Shown here: positions 13,255 to 39,057 of the stretch, piece by piece | Position numbering within the stretch: position 1 is the stretch's first letter | Layout: every line of letters starts with the position of its first letter | From: Macrostomum lignano | Lineage: Eukaryota | DNA: 64,000 nucleotides | NCBI GenBank assembly: GCA_002269645.1 | Contig: NIVC01001716.1 | Span: 1 to 64,000, forward strand | Direction of reading: 5' to 3' | The notes under the pieces: generated by a model | The model's input: the letters and a program-made list of their open reading frames with translations, nothing else | Databases searched by the model: none | What the model was told of the DNA's origin: nothing | Program-made: the position numbers and the translations under genes

Positions 13255-13667
13255 GATCGATCCATCCATCCCCCAATTCGCCATCGCAGGTGGACGCGTA
13301 CGGGCCGCAGAACTCCTTCGGTCTGTACAACATGGTTGGTAACGTGTGGGAATGGACGGCCAGCCGCTGGGACCGCAACAGCGCACCCAATGAGCTGCCG
13401 CAGCGGCCAGCGGCCAGTGATGAGATGACAAAAAAGGGCGGCTCCTTCATGTGCCACAAGGTGAGAGTCGGCCTTTGTACTTTAACTGAAGCTTAGACGG
13501 ACCAAGTCGAGTGTTGTCCCGTGTATGTTTAAACCCACCTCTTCTATTACCGCCCGCAGAGCTACTGCTATCGCTACAGGTGCGCGGCAAGGTCGCAGAA
13601 CACGGCCGATACTTCCAGCGCTAATATTGGCTTCCGCTGCGCCATCGATGTGGCTGATTCAGACTGA
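11246..13667 (+). CDS. SUMF1: Formylglycine-generating enzyme (sulfatase-modifying factor 1)
   Basis: Exons 11246(or 11216)-11753, 12356-12600, 13290-13460, 13560-13667 join in frame (343 aa from ATG 11246). N-terminal [85 protein letters not shown] (both catalytic Cys present, so SUMF1 rather than SUMF2). Confidence 0.96.
11790..12275. repeat. 20-bp minisatellite (tcaatttgggatctcacaga), SUMF1 intron 1
   Basis: About 23 copies. Confidence 0.95.
13145..13255. repeat. (GTCT)n microsatellite, SUMF1 intron 2
   Basis: Direct inspection; another copy at ~5040-5105. Confidence 0.93.
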
Positions 13668-13689
13668 AACCTCGGCCTGTCTACAATCC

Positions 13690-14450
13690 CCTCTCTTGGA
13701 CTCCCTGATCCCTGAGCCTGCCGCTCCAGATCCCCTCTCTCTCTGGGACTTCCTGAACCCTGAGCCTGCCGCTCCAGATCCTCTCTCTCTCTCTGGGACT
13801 TCCTGATCCCTGAGCCTGCCGCTCCAGATCCCCTCTCTCTGGGACTTCCTGAACCCTGAGCCTGCCGCTCCAGATCCTCTCTCTCTCTCTCTGGGACTTC
13901 CTGAACCCTGAGCCTGCCGCTCCAGATCCTCTCTCTCTCTCTCTGGGACTTCCTGATCCCTGAGCCTGCCGCTCCAGATCCCCTCTCTCTGGGACTTCCT
14001 GAACCCTGAGCCTGCCGCTCCAGATCCTCTCTCTCTCTCTCTGGGACTTCCTGAACCCTGAGCCTGCCGCTCCAGATCCTCTCTCTCTCTCTCTGGGACT
14101 TCCTGAACCCTGAGCCTGCCGCTCCAGATCCTCTCTCTCTGGGACTTCCTGATCCCTGAGCCTGCCGCTCCAGATCCTCTCTCTCTGGGACTTCCTGAAC
14201 CCTGAGCCTGCCGCTCCAGATCCTCTCTCTCTGGGACTTCCTGAACCCTGAGCCTGCCGCTCCAGATCCCCTCTCTCTGGCACTTACTGATCCCTGAGCC
14301 TGCCGCTCCAGATCCCCTCTCTCTGGCACTTACTGATCCCTGAGCCTGCCGCTCCAGATCCCCTCCCCGGGACTCCCTGAACCCTGAGCCTGTCACTCCA
14401 GATCCCCTCCCCGGGACTCCCTGAACCCTAAGCCTGGCGCTCCAGATCCC
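13690..14450. repeat. ~48-bp minisatellite with internal variable (CT)n, starting just after the SUMF1 stop
   Basis: Unit ctgggacttcctgaaccctgagcctgccgctccagatcc(tc)n, about 15 copies. Confidence 0.93.
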
Positions 14451-14801
14451 CGTTGATTATCCAAGAGTCATCACAAAGAAAACTGTTAGAAATTAAGCGA
14501 TTGATTAAAAATGGAAAAAATATTGAAGCTGAACAATTTTTTAGATGCATAATATATTTTAATGATCTGTCTGATTCTATTTTAGCCTATTAATATTTAA
14601 ATGTGTCAAGTTTTACAATTCGTAAATTTAAATATATTGATTTGTAATGGTGCTAATTGGTATTTTCTTATCTATTTCTTTTTTCTAACTGTTACTCTTT
14701 TGTGTTATTTATTGATTGAACATTTGCGTTTGCTGATATGAATTTTCTATGCAAGTGTTGGGTTCTCTCGCTACCTTCTCGATTTTTTAGAAACTCTTGG
14801 A

Positions 14802-14872
14802 CAGGGGTCGGCAAACTCCGGCTAGCGGTTCACGGCCACATGCGGCCCGCGAAGCCTCTCTATCCGGCCCTC
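14802..14872 (+). mobile_element. hAT-Charlie-type non-autonomous element, 5' end fragment
   Basis: CAGGGGTCGGCAAACT terminal motif followed by ggccacatgcggcccgcg and tatccggccc, typical of Charlie/MER-like MITE subtermini. Confidence 0.65.
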
Positions 14873-14919
14873 ATGTCCGTGAAACTCAATGTTTGTGTCT
14901 CTTCTCAGCGCTCTTCTCT

Positions 14920-15880
14920 AATCTCCTCTTCTCTTTTATCTCCCTCCTCTCCTCTCTCTGCTCTCTCTCCTCTCTCTCCTCTCCCTCCTCTCTCCTCTCT
15001 CTCCTCTCTCTTCTCTCTCCTCTCTCCTCCTCTCTCCTCCTCTCCCTCCTCTCTCTCCTCTCTTCTCTCTCCTCCTCTCTCTCCTCTCTCCTCTCTCCTC
15101 TCCCTCCTCTCTCTCTCCTCTCTCCTCTCCCTCCTCTCTCTCCTCTCTCCTCCTCTCTCTCCTCTCTCCTCCTCTCTCCTCTCTCCTCCTCTCTCCTCCT
15201 CTCCCTCCTCTCTCTCTCCTCTCTCCTCCTCTCTCTCCTCCTCTCTCTCTCTCCTCTCTCCTCTCCCTCCTCTCTCTCTCTCCTCTCTCCTCTCTCCTCC
15301 TCTCTCTCCTCTCTCCTCTCTCCTCTCCCTCCTCTCTCTCCTCTCTCTCCTCTCCTCCTCCTCTCCCTCCTCTCTCTCCTCTCTCTCCTCTCCTCCTCCT
15401 CTCCCTCCTCTCCTCCTCCTCTCCCTCCCCTCTCTCCTCTCTCTCCTCTCCTCCTCCTCTCCCTCCTCTCTCTCCTCTCTCTCCTCTCCTCCTCCTCTCC
15501 CTCCTCTCCTCCTCTCTCTCCTCTCTCTCCCTCCTCTCTCCTCCTCTCTCCTCCTCTCCCTCCTCTCTCTCCTCTCTCTCCCTCCTCTCTCTCCTCTCTC
15601 CTCCTCTCTCCTCCTCTCCCTCCTCTCTCTCTCTCTCTCTCTCCCTCCTCCTCTCTCTTCTCTCTCCTCTCTCCTCCTTTCTCCTCTCTCCTCCTCTCTC
15701 CTCTCTCTTCTCTCTCCTCTCTCCTCCTCTCTCCTCTCTCCTCCTCTCTCCTCTCTCCTCCTCTCTCTCATCTCTCCTCCTCTCTCTCTCTCCTCTCCCC
15801 TCTCCTCTCTCCTCTCTCTCTCCTCTCTCCTCTCTCCTCCTCTCTCTCTCCTCTCTCTCCTTTCCTCTCTGCTCTCTTCT
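14920..15880. repeat. ~1 kb almost pure polypyrimidine (C/T) low-complexity tract
   Basis: Nearly only C and T; generates spurious Leu/Ser/Pro and Glu/Arg ORFs. Confidence 0.97.
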
Positions 15881-16109
15881 CTTTTTTTCCCTCGCCTCAC
15901 CTTTGTTGTCATATTTCCCTTCTCTCTTTTCCATCTCTTCTCTACCCTCCTCTGGCCGCAGTCATGCTCTCGGTTTTCTTTCTAGCCATTGAGGTAAAAA
16001 GGTTTGCCGAGCCCTGCTCTAAGAAGAGGGAAGGTCAGCAACCCCCTTTCCAGATTACTGTTGCTGCCGCGTTCTCTAAATGTCCCGTACGCTCATTCCT
16101 ATCCCGAGA

Positions 16110-16326
16110 CCCGGCCAGCCATGGTAACAGCCAATAGCGCGCTTGAATCCTACCGCTGTTACCCACTGCAACCGCTCCCTATTCCATTGCGCAGCACAGT
16201 ACAGTTCTCTTTCAATCAAGCTAGCAGCTTTTTGCGCGAACAATACAAAGCTATCCCATAATCTTCTTCAGCCAGCTTGGTGCACTTTTATCAGACGGGA
16301 CCTGTCTCTAAGATTGAAGGGTAAGT
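16110..16326 (+). promoter_or_regulatory. Putative ABCB promoter and non-coding first exon
   Basis: CCATGGTAAC half X-box plus AGCCAAT at ~16118-16136; perfect donor AAGG|GTAAGT at 16320/16321. Confidence 0.35.
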
Positions 16327-16695
16327 TTCTTTATGGGCATGTCTGCATGAGAAATATACAAATTTTATTAATTACATCTATAAAATATCCCAACTGACCC
16401 GGGTTACCAACCCCTCCTCCGTCCCGTTCACTCCTTAGCTCTATTGTTCTTCTATTGATCTGGCCGTTGACCGTGCAGTATCCAGTTTATATATCTACAT
16501 ATAGTGGCTAGGCTTGTCCTATGCTGCCAGGACTCTACATTGCGGATAGTTTAGCTTTGCACTATTTGTTTAATCTAGCCGACTATCCAGCCCTAGAACA
16601 AGCCGACTTGATTATCCTTCAAGCGTAATAACCAGTGCTATGGTAAGCCTGTACTATCAGGTTCCTAATGTTTTTTAATTATTGCTTGTTTTTAA

Positions 16696-16955
16696 GGGCG
16701 TTGTAGCCCCTAGTGGTTGGGGAATCGGACTCAAGACTTGAAGGTCGGGGGTTCGATTCTTGATTCCAGTCGGAACAATTTGTGTCCTTGAGCAAGACAC
16801 ACTTAAGAGGGTGTGTGTGTGGCGACTCCCCCAGTCCTTGGACTGAACAGCCGTACGGGCCTTCAGATGCACCGCGCAATAGCTGCGACTGAGCTGTCGG
16901 TTGCACATCTGGCCCAATTCGGGCAGGTTAATCAATAATAATTATTATTATTACT
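16696..16955 (+). mobile_element. tRNA-derived SINE family B with CORE/Meta-like central domain
   Basis: tRNA-like head (GGGCGTTGTAGCCCCTAGTGG...GGTTCGATTC), then TGTGTCCTTGAGCAAGACACACTTAA, ending in an (AAT)/(ATT)n tail. Confidence 0.75.
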
Positions 16956-17079
16956 GTTTATAGAAAATGCTCGAACAGTGTCGCATTGTTTCAGTATAAT
17001 TCTACTTAATACCGCTTGGCTTTCCTGCTCTATAAGACGTTGCATTAATTTTGTTTTATAGGTTTCTAAATCGTACAAA

Positions 17080-31550
<14,471 letters not shown>

Positions 31551-32359
31551 CCTGCTGCTCGGTTTAGCTAAACCGCATGGCGGAGCGGTGGCTCACCTTA
31601 ACAAATGGAGTTTCTCTTAGCAACGGGGTTTACCTTAGCGACAGGGTTCACATTAGCGACGGGGTTCACCTTAGCGATGGGGTTTGTCGTGGCAAACGGG
31701 TTTTCTTTTTGCAACAAGTTTATCCTTATGAATTTTTAAAGTTTCACTTAGCAACCATCAGTGTGTAAGTTTCGCGCAATTGTATTTTAGTACATCGATA
31801 ATTTATTGTTATAACTGTATTATATTAACGAGCTAGTTAGTCGGTTAATTAACCTTTTCCATATTTACAGTTACTTTTTCTTTTTAGCCTGTAATTTGCA
31901 AATTCAGCATATCTCCGCTATCATTGAACTCGTAATACTCATACAGAGTTGAAGCCGCTAATTGCTCAGACAGGCGTGGACACCTGTTAAACTGTTTATC
32001 CTGTCATATTCCCTGACACAGTTGTGCGGACAGAGCGTTTAATAAATGCATTCTATATTTTTTAACTCGCAACCCGTTTTCCTTTGGAAAATTCTTCCAA
32101 ACAGTGGGAAGTGTTTTTGGTTAAGAGGGACGGAAGATCTTTAGGTTAGGAGCGCTACTGTTTGTCAATTTAACTGGAGTCAGAGCAACTATGTTCTACG
32201 TATGTTATTTACTTTTTTACCGAATTCATGTCATAAAATATACCGCAAATTCCGTTTCTTAGTTCTTTGTTGTTTTTTAGTTCATTGATTTTCGGCGCAT
32301 GGGTGAGACAAGATTTTCTAAGAATACAGAAAAAATGGAAGATGTTTTTATCCTGCTCT

Positions 32360-32915
32360 TGTCACTATGAGAATTGAGTATGCGATTTTCTCACTATGAG
32401 AATTGAGTATGCGATTTTCTCACTATGAGAATTGAGTGGGCGATTTTCTCACTATGAGAATTGAGTGGGCGATTTTCTCACTATGAGAATTGAGTGGGCG
32501 ATTTTCTCACTATGAGAATTGAGTGGGCGATTTTCTCACTATGAGAATTGAGTGGGCGATTTTCTCACTATGAGAATTGAGTGGGCGATTTTCTCACTAT
32601 GAGAATTGAGTGGGCGATTTTCTCACTATGAGAATTGAGTATGCGATTTTCTCACTATGAGAATTGAGTATGCGATTTTCTCACTATGAGAATTGAGTGG
32701 GCGATTTTCTCACTATGAGAATTGAGTATGCGATTTTCTCACTATGAGAATTGAGTGGGCGATTTTCTCACTATGAGAATTGAGTGGGCGATTTTCTCAC
32801 TATGAGAACTGAGTGGGCGATTTTCTCACTATGAGAATTGAGTGGGCGATTTTCTCACCATGAGAATTGAGTATGCGATTTTCTCACTATGAGAATTGAG
32901 TATGCGATTTTCCTG
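32360..32915. repeat. 29-bp intergenic minisatellite with internal palindrome TTCTCA-cta-TGAGAA
   Basis: About 19 copies, no spacers. Confidence 0.95.
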
Positions 32916-33591
32916 AGAATTTGGCGATATTTAAGAAAGTAGGTACGCAAAAAACATTTCTATAATCAATAAAAATCATGCTGGCTAAAGCCGAACTTCA
33001 CCGCAGCGTACAATTCTGAATAATCATCGCCGTTATAGGTCGAACTGCTCCGGGCACGGGGCTGGGCGTTATTTAAAATCGATATATTTATCAGATATAA
33101 ACCAAAACGGAGTTATTATTACACTACTGTAGAAGGGATCGTCTACAGACTACAGTAGAATTATAAATGGCCTCACTGTATGCAGAGACGGTATTCAGCA
33201 TAGCTTAGCTTTGATACACAAGGACCTCTGAGCCGCTATCAGTAGCGGACAAAATGTTGAATAAAGTTTACCAAATAACAAATAAAAAATTCCTTTCTCG
33301 GTGACTGCAATTATCTGTCAGTGCTGAATATATACTTATTTAAATTATATAATTTTCTGTAATAGTAATAGTTTATAAAGATGAGAACCGCTGATAGTTG
33401 CAGGCAATCTGCAAAACTTGAAATTTATAAATAACAGCGCGAAGTTTTACAAGCTGAACCTGTATGCACCGATTAAGTGGATTTAGTGCACTTCCTATTC
33501 ACAATTGCATGCTGGGATTAAAATATTGAGTACTGATGGACAACAGCAAGAGGGTTGGTGGTAGAGACAGAGACCGCTGATAGAGACCCAT

Positions 33592-33732
33592 CAGCGGCGC
33601 ATCCAGAAATGTGTTTAGGGGGTGGATTATGAAGGCTAAAGACCCAAAGGGGCGGAAGTGGTGGTTCTGTATTTTGGCAAAATTTCAGGTACCCAACGAA
33701 GGGGGGAACGCCCCCCCCTTGATACGCTCCTG
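33592..33732. mobile_element. 141-bp hAT-like MITE
   Basis: Imperfect TIRs CAGCGGCGCATCCAG / CTTGATACGCTCCTG; 8-bp TSD AGACCCAT (33584-33591) / AGACCGAT (33733-33740); inserted in an AGAGAC satellite that runs to ~33985. Confidence 0.7.
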
Positions 33733-34559
33733 AGACCGATAGAGACCAGAGAGAGACAAATAGAGAACAGAGATAGAGAGTGATAGAGACAGATAGAGAC
33801 CAAGTGGAGACCAGAGAAAGACAAATAGAGAACAGAGAAAGAGACCAACAGAGAACAGAAATAGAGACCGATAGAGACCAATAGAGACCAGAGATAAGAG
33901 ATAGAGACCAGAGATAAGAGATAGAGACCAGAGATAAGAGATAGAGACCAGAGATAAGAGATAGAGACCAATAGAGACCAGAGACAGATATACTAACCGC
34001 AAATTGAATGAGAAAAGGTAACAAATCAGCAGAATACAGACAATATAACAAGTGGATGAACGTAGAAAAATAAATTTATTAATTAACAAGCAGGACAACG
34101 CGATCTGTAGAGATCAATCAGTCAATCTATCAATAAACGAATCAAAAAATCAGACTGACCGAATCAATGCGAAATGAACAATGACATTGAAAACATTCAT
34201 ACGGGAATTCAGAGGCGGGGGAAATGTTTCAATCAAAATTGAATAAAAGAACAAACCAAGCCAGGGAATTTTATATTAGGATCTGAGCTAGTAGGGACTC
34301 CCGCGGCTGTTACTGGAGGTGACTTTACGATCCTGCTTGGAATCAAGTCCGGGACCTCCAACAAAAAAAATTCTCTTTGGTCACAAAGCCGCCGCGGGAC
34401 TCCTATATAGCTCTACAATCTTCTTTATAGGACAGGGCATTAAAACAACTACTGGTTATAAACTAAGAAAATCTATATTTAGAATCATGATGCATAAATG
34501 AGTCACAGGTTGCTAAGTACAATTTATAATTAGCCTGCAGGTGAAAGAGGTGTTGGGGC

Positions 34560-35825
34560 TCAGCAGGAGCAGCCGCCGCTCTGCTGCTGCCCGCCCTGCT
34601 GTCCGGCGCCGCCCTGCAGCTGGATGGCCGGCGGCAGCTCCGAGGCGCCGGCGTCGTCGGAGGCGGCCTCCTGGGCCAGGGCGTCCTTGGCCAGCTGCAT
34701 GAAGGCGGCCTCAACGTTGACGGCCTCCTTGGCGCTGCACTCGAAGTAGGGCATGTTGGACTTGGTCTGCGCCCACTGGGCCGCGCGCTTCTTGGTGACG
34801 CCGCGGTTCTCCAGGTCGATCTTGTTGCCAACCAGCACGAATGGGAAATTGTCCGGGTCGCGGGGGCTGGCCTGGATGAGGAACTCGTCCCGCCACGAGT
34901 CCAGGGTCTTGAAGGAGTTCGGCTGCGTCACGTCGTACACTGCGGGTGCGGGCGGGGATCTGGGAGGTGACTGGGGATCTGGGAGCTGATCAGGGGATCT
35001 GGGAGGTGACTGGGGATCTGGGAGCTGATTGGGGATCCGGGAGGTGATTGGGGATCCGGGAGGTGATCGGGGGTCTGGGAGCTGATTGGGGATCTGGGAG
35101 GTGATTGGGGATCCGGGAGGTGATAGGGGATCTGGGAGCTGATCGGGGATCTGGGAGGTGATTGGGGATCCGGGAGGTGATTGGGGGTCTGGGAGGTGAT
35201 TGGGGATCTGGGAGGTGATCGGGGGTCTGGGAAGTGATCAGGGGATCTGGGAGGTGACTGGGGATCTGGGAGCTGATTGGGGATCTGGGAGGTGATTGGG
35301 GATCCGGGAGGTGATTGGGGGTCTGGGAGGTGATTGGGGATCTGGGAGGTGATCAGGGATCTGGGAGCTGATTGGGGATCTGGGAGCTGATTGGGGATCT
35401 GGGAGGTGATTGGGGATCTGGGAGGTGATTGGGGATCTGGGAGGTGATTGGGGATCGGGAGGTAATCAGGGATCTGAAAGGTGATCGGGGATAGTAGGAC
35501 TGTACGAGATGCTGGCGGGTTCTGCCAGGGGTGCCAGCAGGCACAACGCTCGGCACTCACCCAGCATGCAGGAGTCGGCGCCGCGGTAGAAGGCGACGCC
35601 CAGCGACTGGAACCGCTCCTGGCCGGCCGTGTCCCACAGCTGCAGGGTGACCACCCGGTCATCAACCATGAGCTCCTTGGTGAGGAAGTCCGCACCAATT
35701 GTGGCTTTGTACTGGTTGCTGAACTTCCTGTTTACGAATTGGTTCATTAGGGAGGTCTTGCCGACACCGGAGTCGCCAAGGATGATCACCTTCAATAGGA
35801 TCTTCTTGCGGCTGGCGCTGGACAT
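34560..35825 (-). CDS. RAB7A: Ras-related protein Rab7 (214 aa)
   Basis: Exons 35825-35561 and 34939-34560 join in frame. [88 protein letters not shown]-terminal CSC prenylation motif. Confidence 0.97.
34955..35490. repeat. ~19-bp minisatellite (ggggatctgggaggtgatt), Rab7 intron
   Basis: About 27 copies. Confidence 0.93.
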
Positions 35826-36019
35826 GATCGGCTGCTGCTGGATTGCTGCTTTCGGTTGCTAGGGAGGGTCAAGCTTGAGAGAGTTGTGGCTGGGGAGAAG
35901 CTGCTAGCTGCAAGTCAGAGAGAATGCATTTGGAGGCATGATTAGTGGGTGGAATTGCGACTCTGGTGGGTAGATCTCCCACTTGGTTAAGAATCCCACA
36001 AATCTGTAAATCTTAACCC

Positions 36020-36515
36020 CATATCCTGCACACTGATCCCCATATCCTACACACTGATCCCCATATCCTACATACTTATTCCTATATCCTGCACACTGAT
36101 CCCCATATCCTACATACTGATCCACATATCCTACACACTGATCCCCATATCCTAGACCCAAATCCCCATTTCCTACACACTGATCCCCATATCCTACATA
36201 CTGATCCACATATCCTACACACTGATCCCCATATCCTAGACCCAAATCCCCATTTCCTACACACTGATCCCCATATCCTACACACTGATCCCCATATCCT
36301 AGACCCAAATCCCCATTTCCTACACACTGATCCCCATATCCTACACACTGATCCCCATATCCTAGACCCAAATCCCCATTTCCTACACACTGATCCCCAT
36401 ATCCTACACACTGATCCCCATATCCTACACACTGATCCCCATATCCTACACACTGATCCCCATATCCTAGACCCAAATCCCCATTTCCTACACACAGATC
36501 CCCATATCCTACACA
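36020..36515. repeat. 21-bp minisatellite (ctgatccccatatcctacaca) upstream of the Rab7 acceptor
   Basis: Two alternating 21-bp variants. Confidence 0.94.
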
Positions 36516-37034
36516 AAGCCATAAAAATGTTTAAAGGGCGGACGGAAGTCTAATGAGCAAGTCTAAGTCTACTTTATTCGAAGGCCAGAAAATTACTGCA
36601 AAAAAAGCAAATAGAAAATATAATTTTACAAAATAACATATAAATATATATACAACACTACTGTAGAATCTACTCATAGGCACATCTTAATTTTTCATTT
36701 ACGGTACATTTACGGAATAGGCGACAATTTTACTGCCATTTGAGTTGTAAAAATTGGAGCAAAACGCGATGATTACCAGACAAAATATTGGCATACAGTT
36801 ATAGGCACATTACATTGACAAAATGACGGCTAGTATATTTAGGTATATAAAAATATTGACGCGAGCATTCATTATTATAAAACAATTTTAATCGGTGTAC
36901 TTGGGTACAGTGCTTCGAAAATGCCTAATCAATGGGAATTATATTCCGAAAAATGGGCATTAGATTACATTCGGACTGATTCGGACCGATACGCCTTAGT
37001 TAATTAAATTGATTCTCACTTCCAACTTATTGAG

Positions 37035-37770
37035 CGAGTGTACACTGGGGGGGGGCTGAACTGGAGCGAGTGTACACTGGGGGGGGCTGAACTGGAGCGA
37101 GTGTACACTGGGGGGGGGCTGAACTGGAGCGAGTGTACATTGGTTGGGGGCTGAACTGGAGCGAGTGTACATTGGGTGGGGGCTGAACTGGAGCGAGTGT
37201 ACATTGGTTGGGGGCTGAACTGGAGCGAGTGTACATTGGGTGGGGGCTGAACTGGAGCGAGTGTACATTGGGTGGGGGCTGAACTGGAGCGAGTGTACAT
37301 TGGGTGGGGGCTGAACTGGAGCGAGTATACATTGGGTGGGGGCTGAACTGGAGCGAGTGTACATTTGGTGGGGGCTGAACTGGAGCGAGTGTACATTGGG
37401 TGGGGGCTGAACTGGAGCGAGTGTACATTGGGTGGGGGCTGAACTGGAGCGAGTGTACATTGGGTGGGGGCTGAACTGGAGCGAGTGTACATTGGGTGGG
37501 GGCTGAACTGGAGCGAGTGTACATTGGGTGGGGGCTGAACTGGAGCGAGTGTACATTGGGTGGGGGCTGAACTGGAGCGAGTGTACATTGGGTGGGGGCT
37601 GAACTGGAGCGAGTGTACATTGGGTGGGGGCTGAACTGGAGCGAGTGTACATTGGGTGGGGGCTGAACTGGAGCGAGTGTACATTGGGTGGGGGCTGAAC
37701 TGGAGCGAGTGTACATTGGGTGGGGGCTGAACTGGAGCGAGTGTACATTGGGTGGGGGCTGAACTGGAAC
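37035..37770. repeat. 32-bp minisatellite (ctgaactggagcgagtgtacattgggtggggg)
   Basis: About 23 near-identical copies. Confidence 0.96.
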
Positions 37771-38199
37771 GCAAATATGATTTAGCAAAAATCTGTATTA
37801 TTTACATTGTGTTTTTATTCAGTATTTTAAGAATGAATTAAATATTGTACGAAATTATAAAAAAAAACTTGAAGATTTGAAAAGACGTTTTTTGAAATAA
37901 AATAATCTCACGAATAAAACAATTTACCAGTAAAGAGTAATAAGATCACTAAGGCCCGCGCGCTGAGCTCATGCTGATGAAAATATACATATTGAGAGAA
38001 GACAAAGCAGTAAAAGGAACCAGCTGCAACAAAAGTGCACAGCCGAAATACAATATTTTAAATGAATAAAATGATAACATGCCTCACGTGCGATACTTAA
38101 ATATCCTCGTATTAGTTTGCAACTGATTTGCAACTGATGTACAACTCAATTACAGTTGAAAAATTTCAGCTTCCGCTTTTTTAATGCTTGTGTTTATCT

Positions 38200-39052
38200 G
38201 CTCAATGTGTACCTGTGATTATCAGCATGACGTGTGCTTATCTGCCCAAGGTGTACGTGTGATTATCAGCATGACGTGTGCTTATCTGCCCAAGGTGTAC
38301 CTGTGATTATCAGCATGACGTGTGCTTATCTGCCCAAGGTGTACCTGTGATTATCAGCATGACGTGTGCTTATCTGCCCAAGGTGTACCTGTGATTATCA
38401 GCATGACGTGTACTTATCCACCCAAGGTGTACCTGTGATTATCAGCATGACGTGTGCTTATCTGCCCAATGTGTACCTGTGATTATCAGCATGACGTGTG
38501 CTTATCTGCCCAAGGTGTACCTGTGATTATCAGCATGACGTGTACTTATCCACCCAAGGTGTACCTGTGATTATCAGCATGACGTGTGCTTATCTGCCCA
38601 AGGTGTACCTGTGATTATCAGCATGACGTGTGCTTATCTGCCCAATGTGTACCTGTGATTATCAGCATGACGTGTGCTTATCTGCCCAATGTGTACCTGT
38701 GATTATTAGCATGACGTGTGCTTATCTGCCCAATGTGTACCTGTGATTATCAGCATGACGTGTGCTTATCTGCTCAATGTGTACCTGTGATTATCAGCAT
38801 GACGTGTGCTTATCTGCCCAAGGTGTACCTGTGATTATCAGCATGACGTGTGCTTATCTGCCCAATGTGTACCTGTGATTATCAGCATGACGTGTGCTTA
38901 TCTGCCCAATGTGTACCTGTGATTATCAGCATGACGTGTGCTTATCTGCCCAATGTGTACCTGTGATTATCAGCATGACGTGTGCTTATCTGCCCAATGT
39001 GTACCTGTGATTATCAGCATGACGTGTGCTTATCTGCCCAAGGTGTACCTGT
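38200..39052. repeat. 42-bp minisatellite (gtgtacctgtgattatcagcatgacgtgtgcttatctgcccaat), immediately 3' of the Rab7-like stop
   Basis: About 20 copies, period 42. Confidence 0.96.
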
Positions 39053-39057
39053 GCCAT

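Noticed and set aside
16696-16770. tRNA-Leu(CAA)-like gene
   Set aside because: The acceptor stem does not close properly and it continues into a SINE body and tail; treated as a SINE head.
32360-32915. CRISPR-like 29-bp palindromic repeats (also the 32-bp and 42-bp arrays)
   Set aside because: The units are directly adjacent with no unique spacers, there are no cas genes, and the context is eukaryotic.
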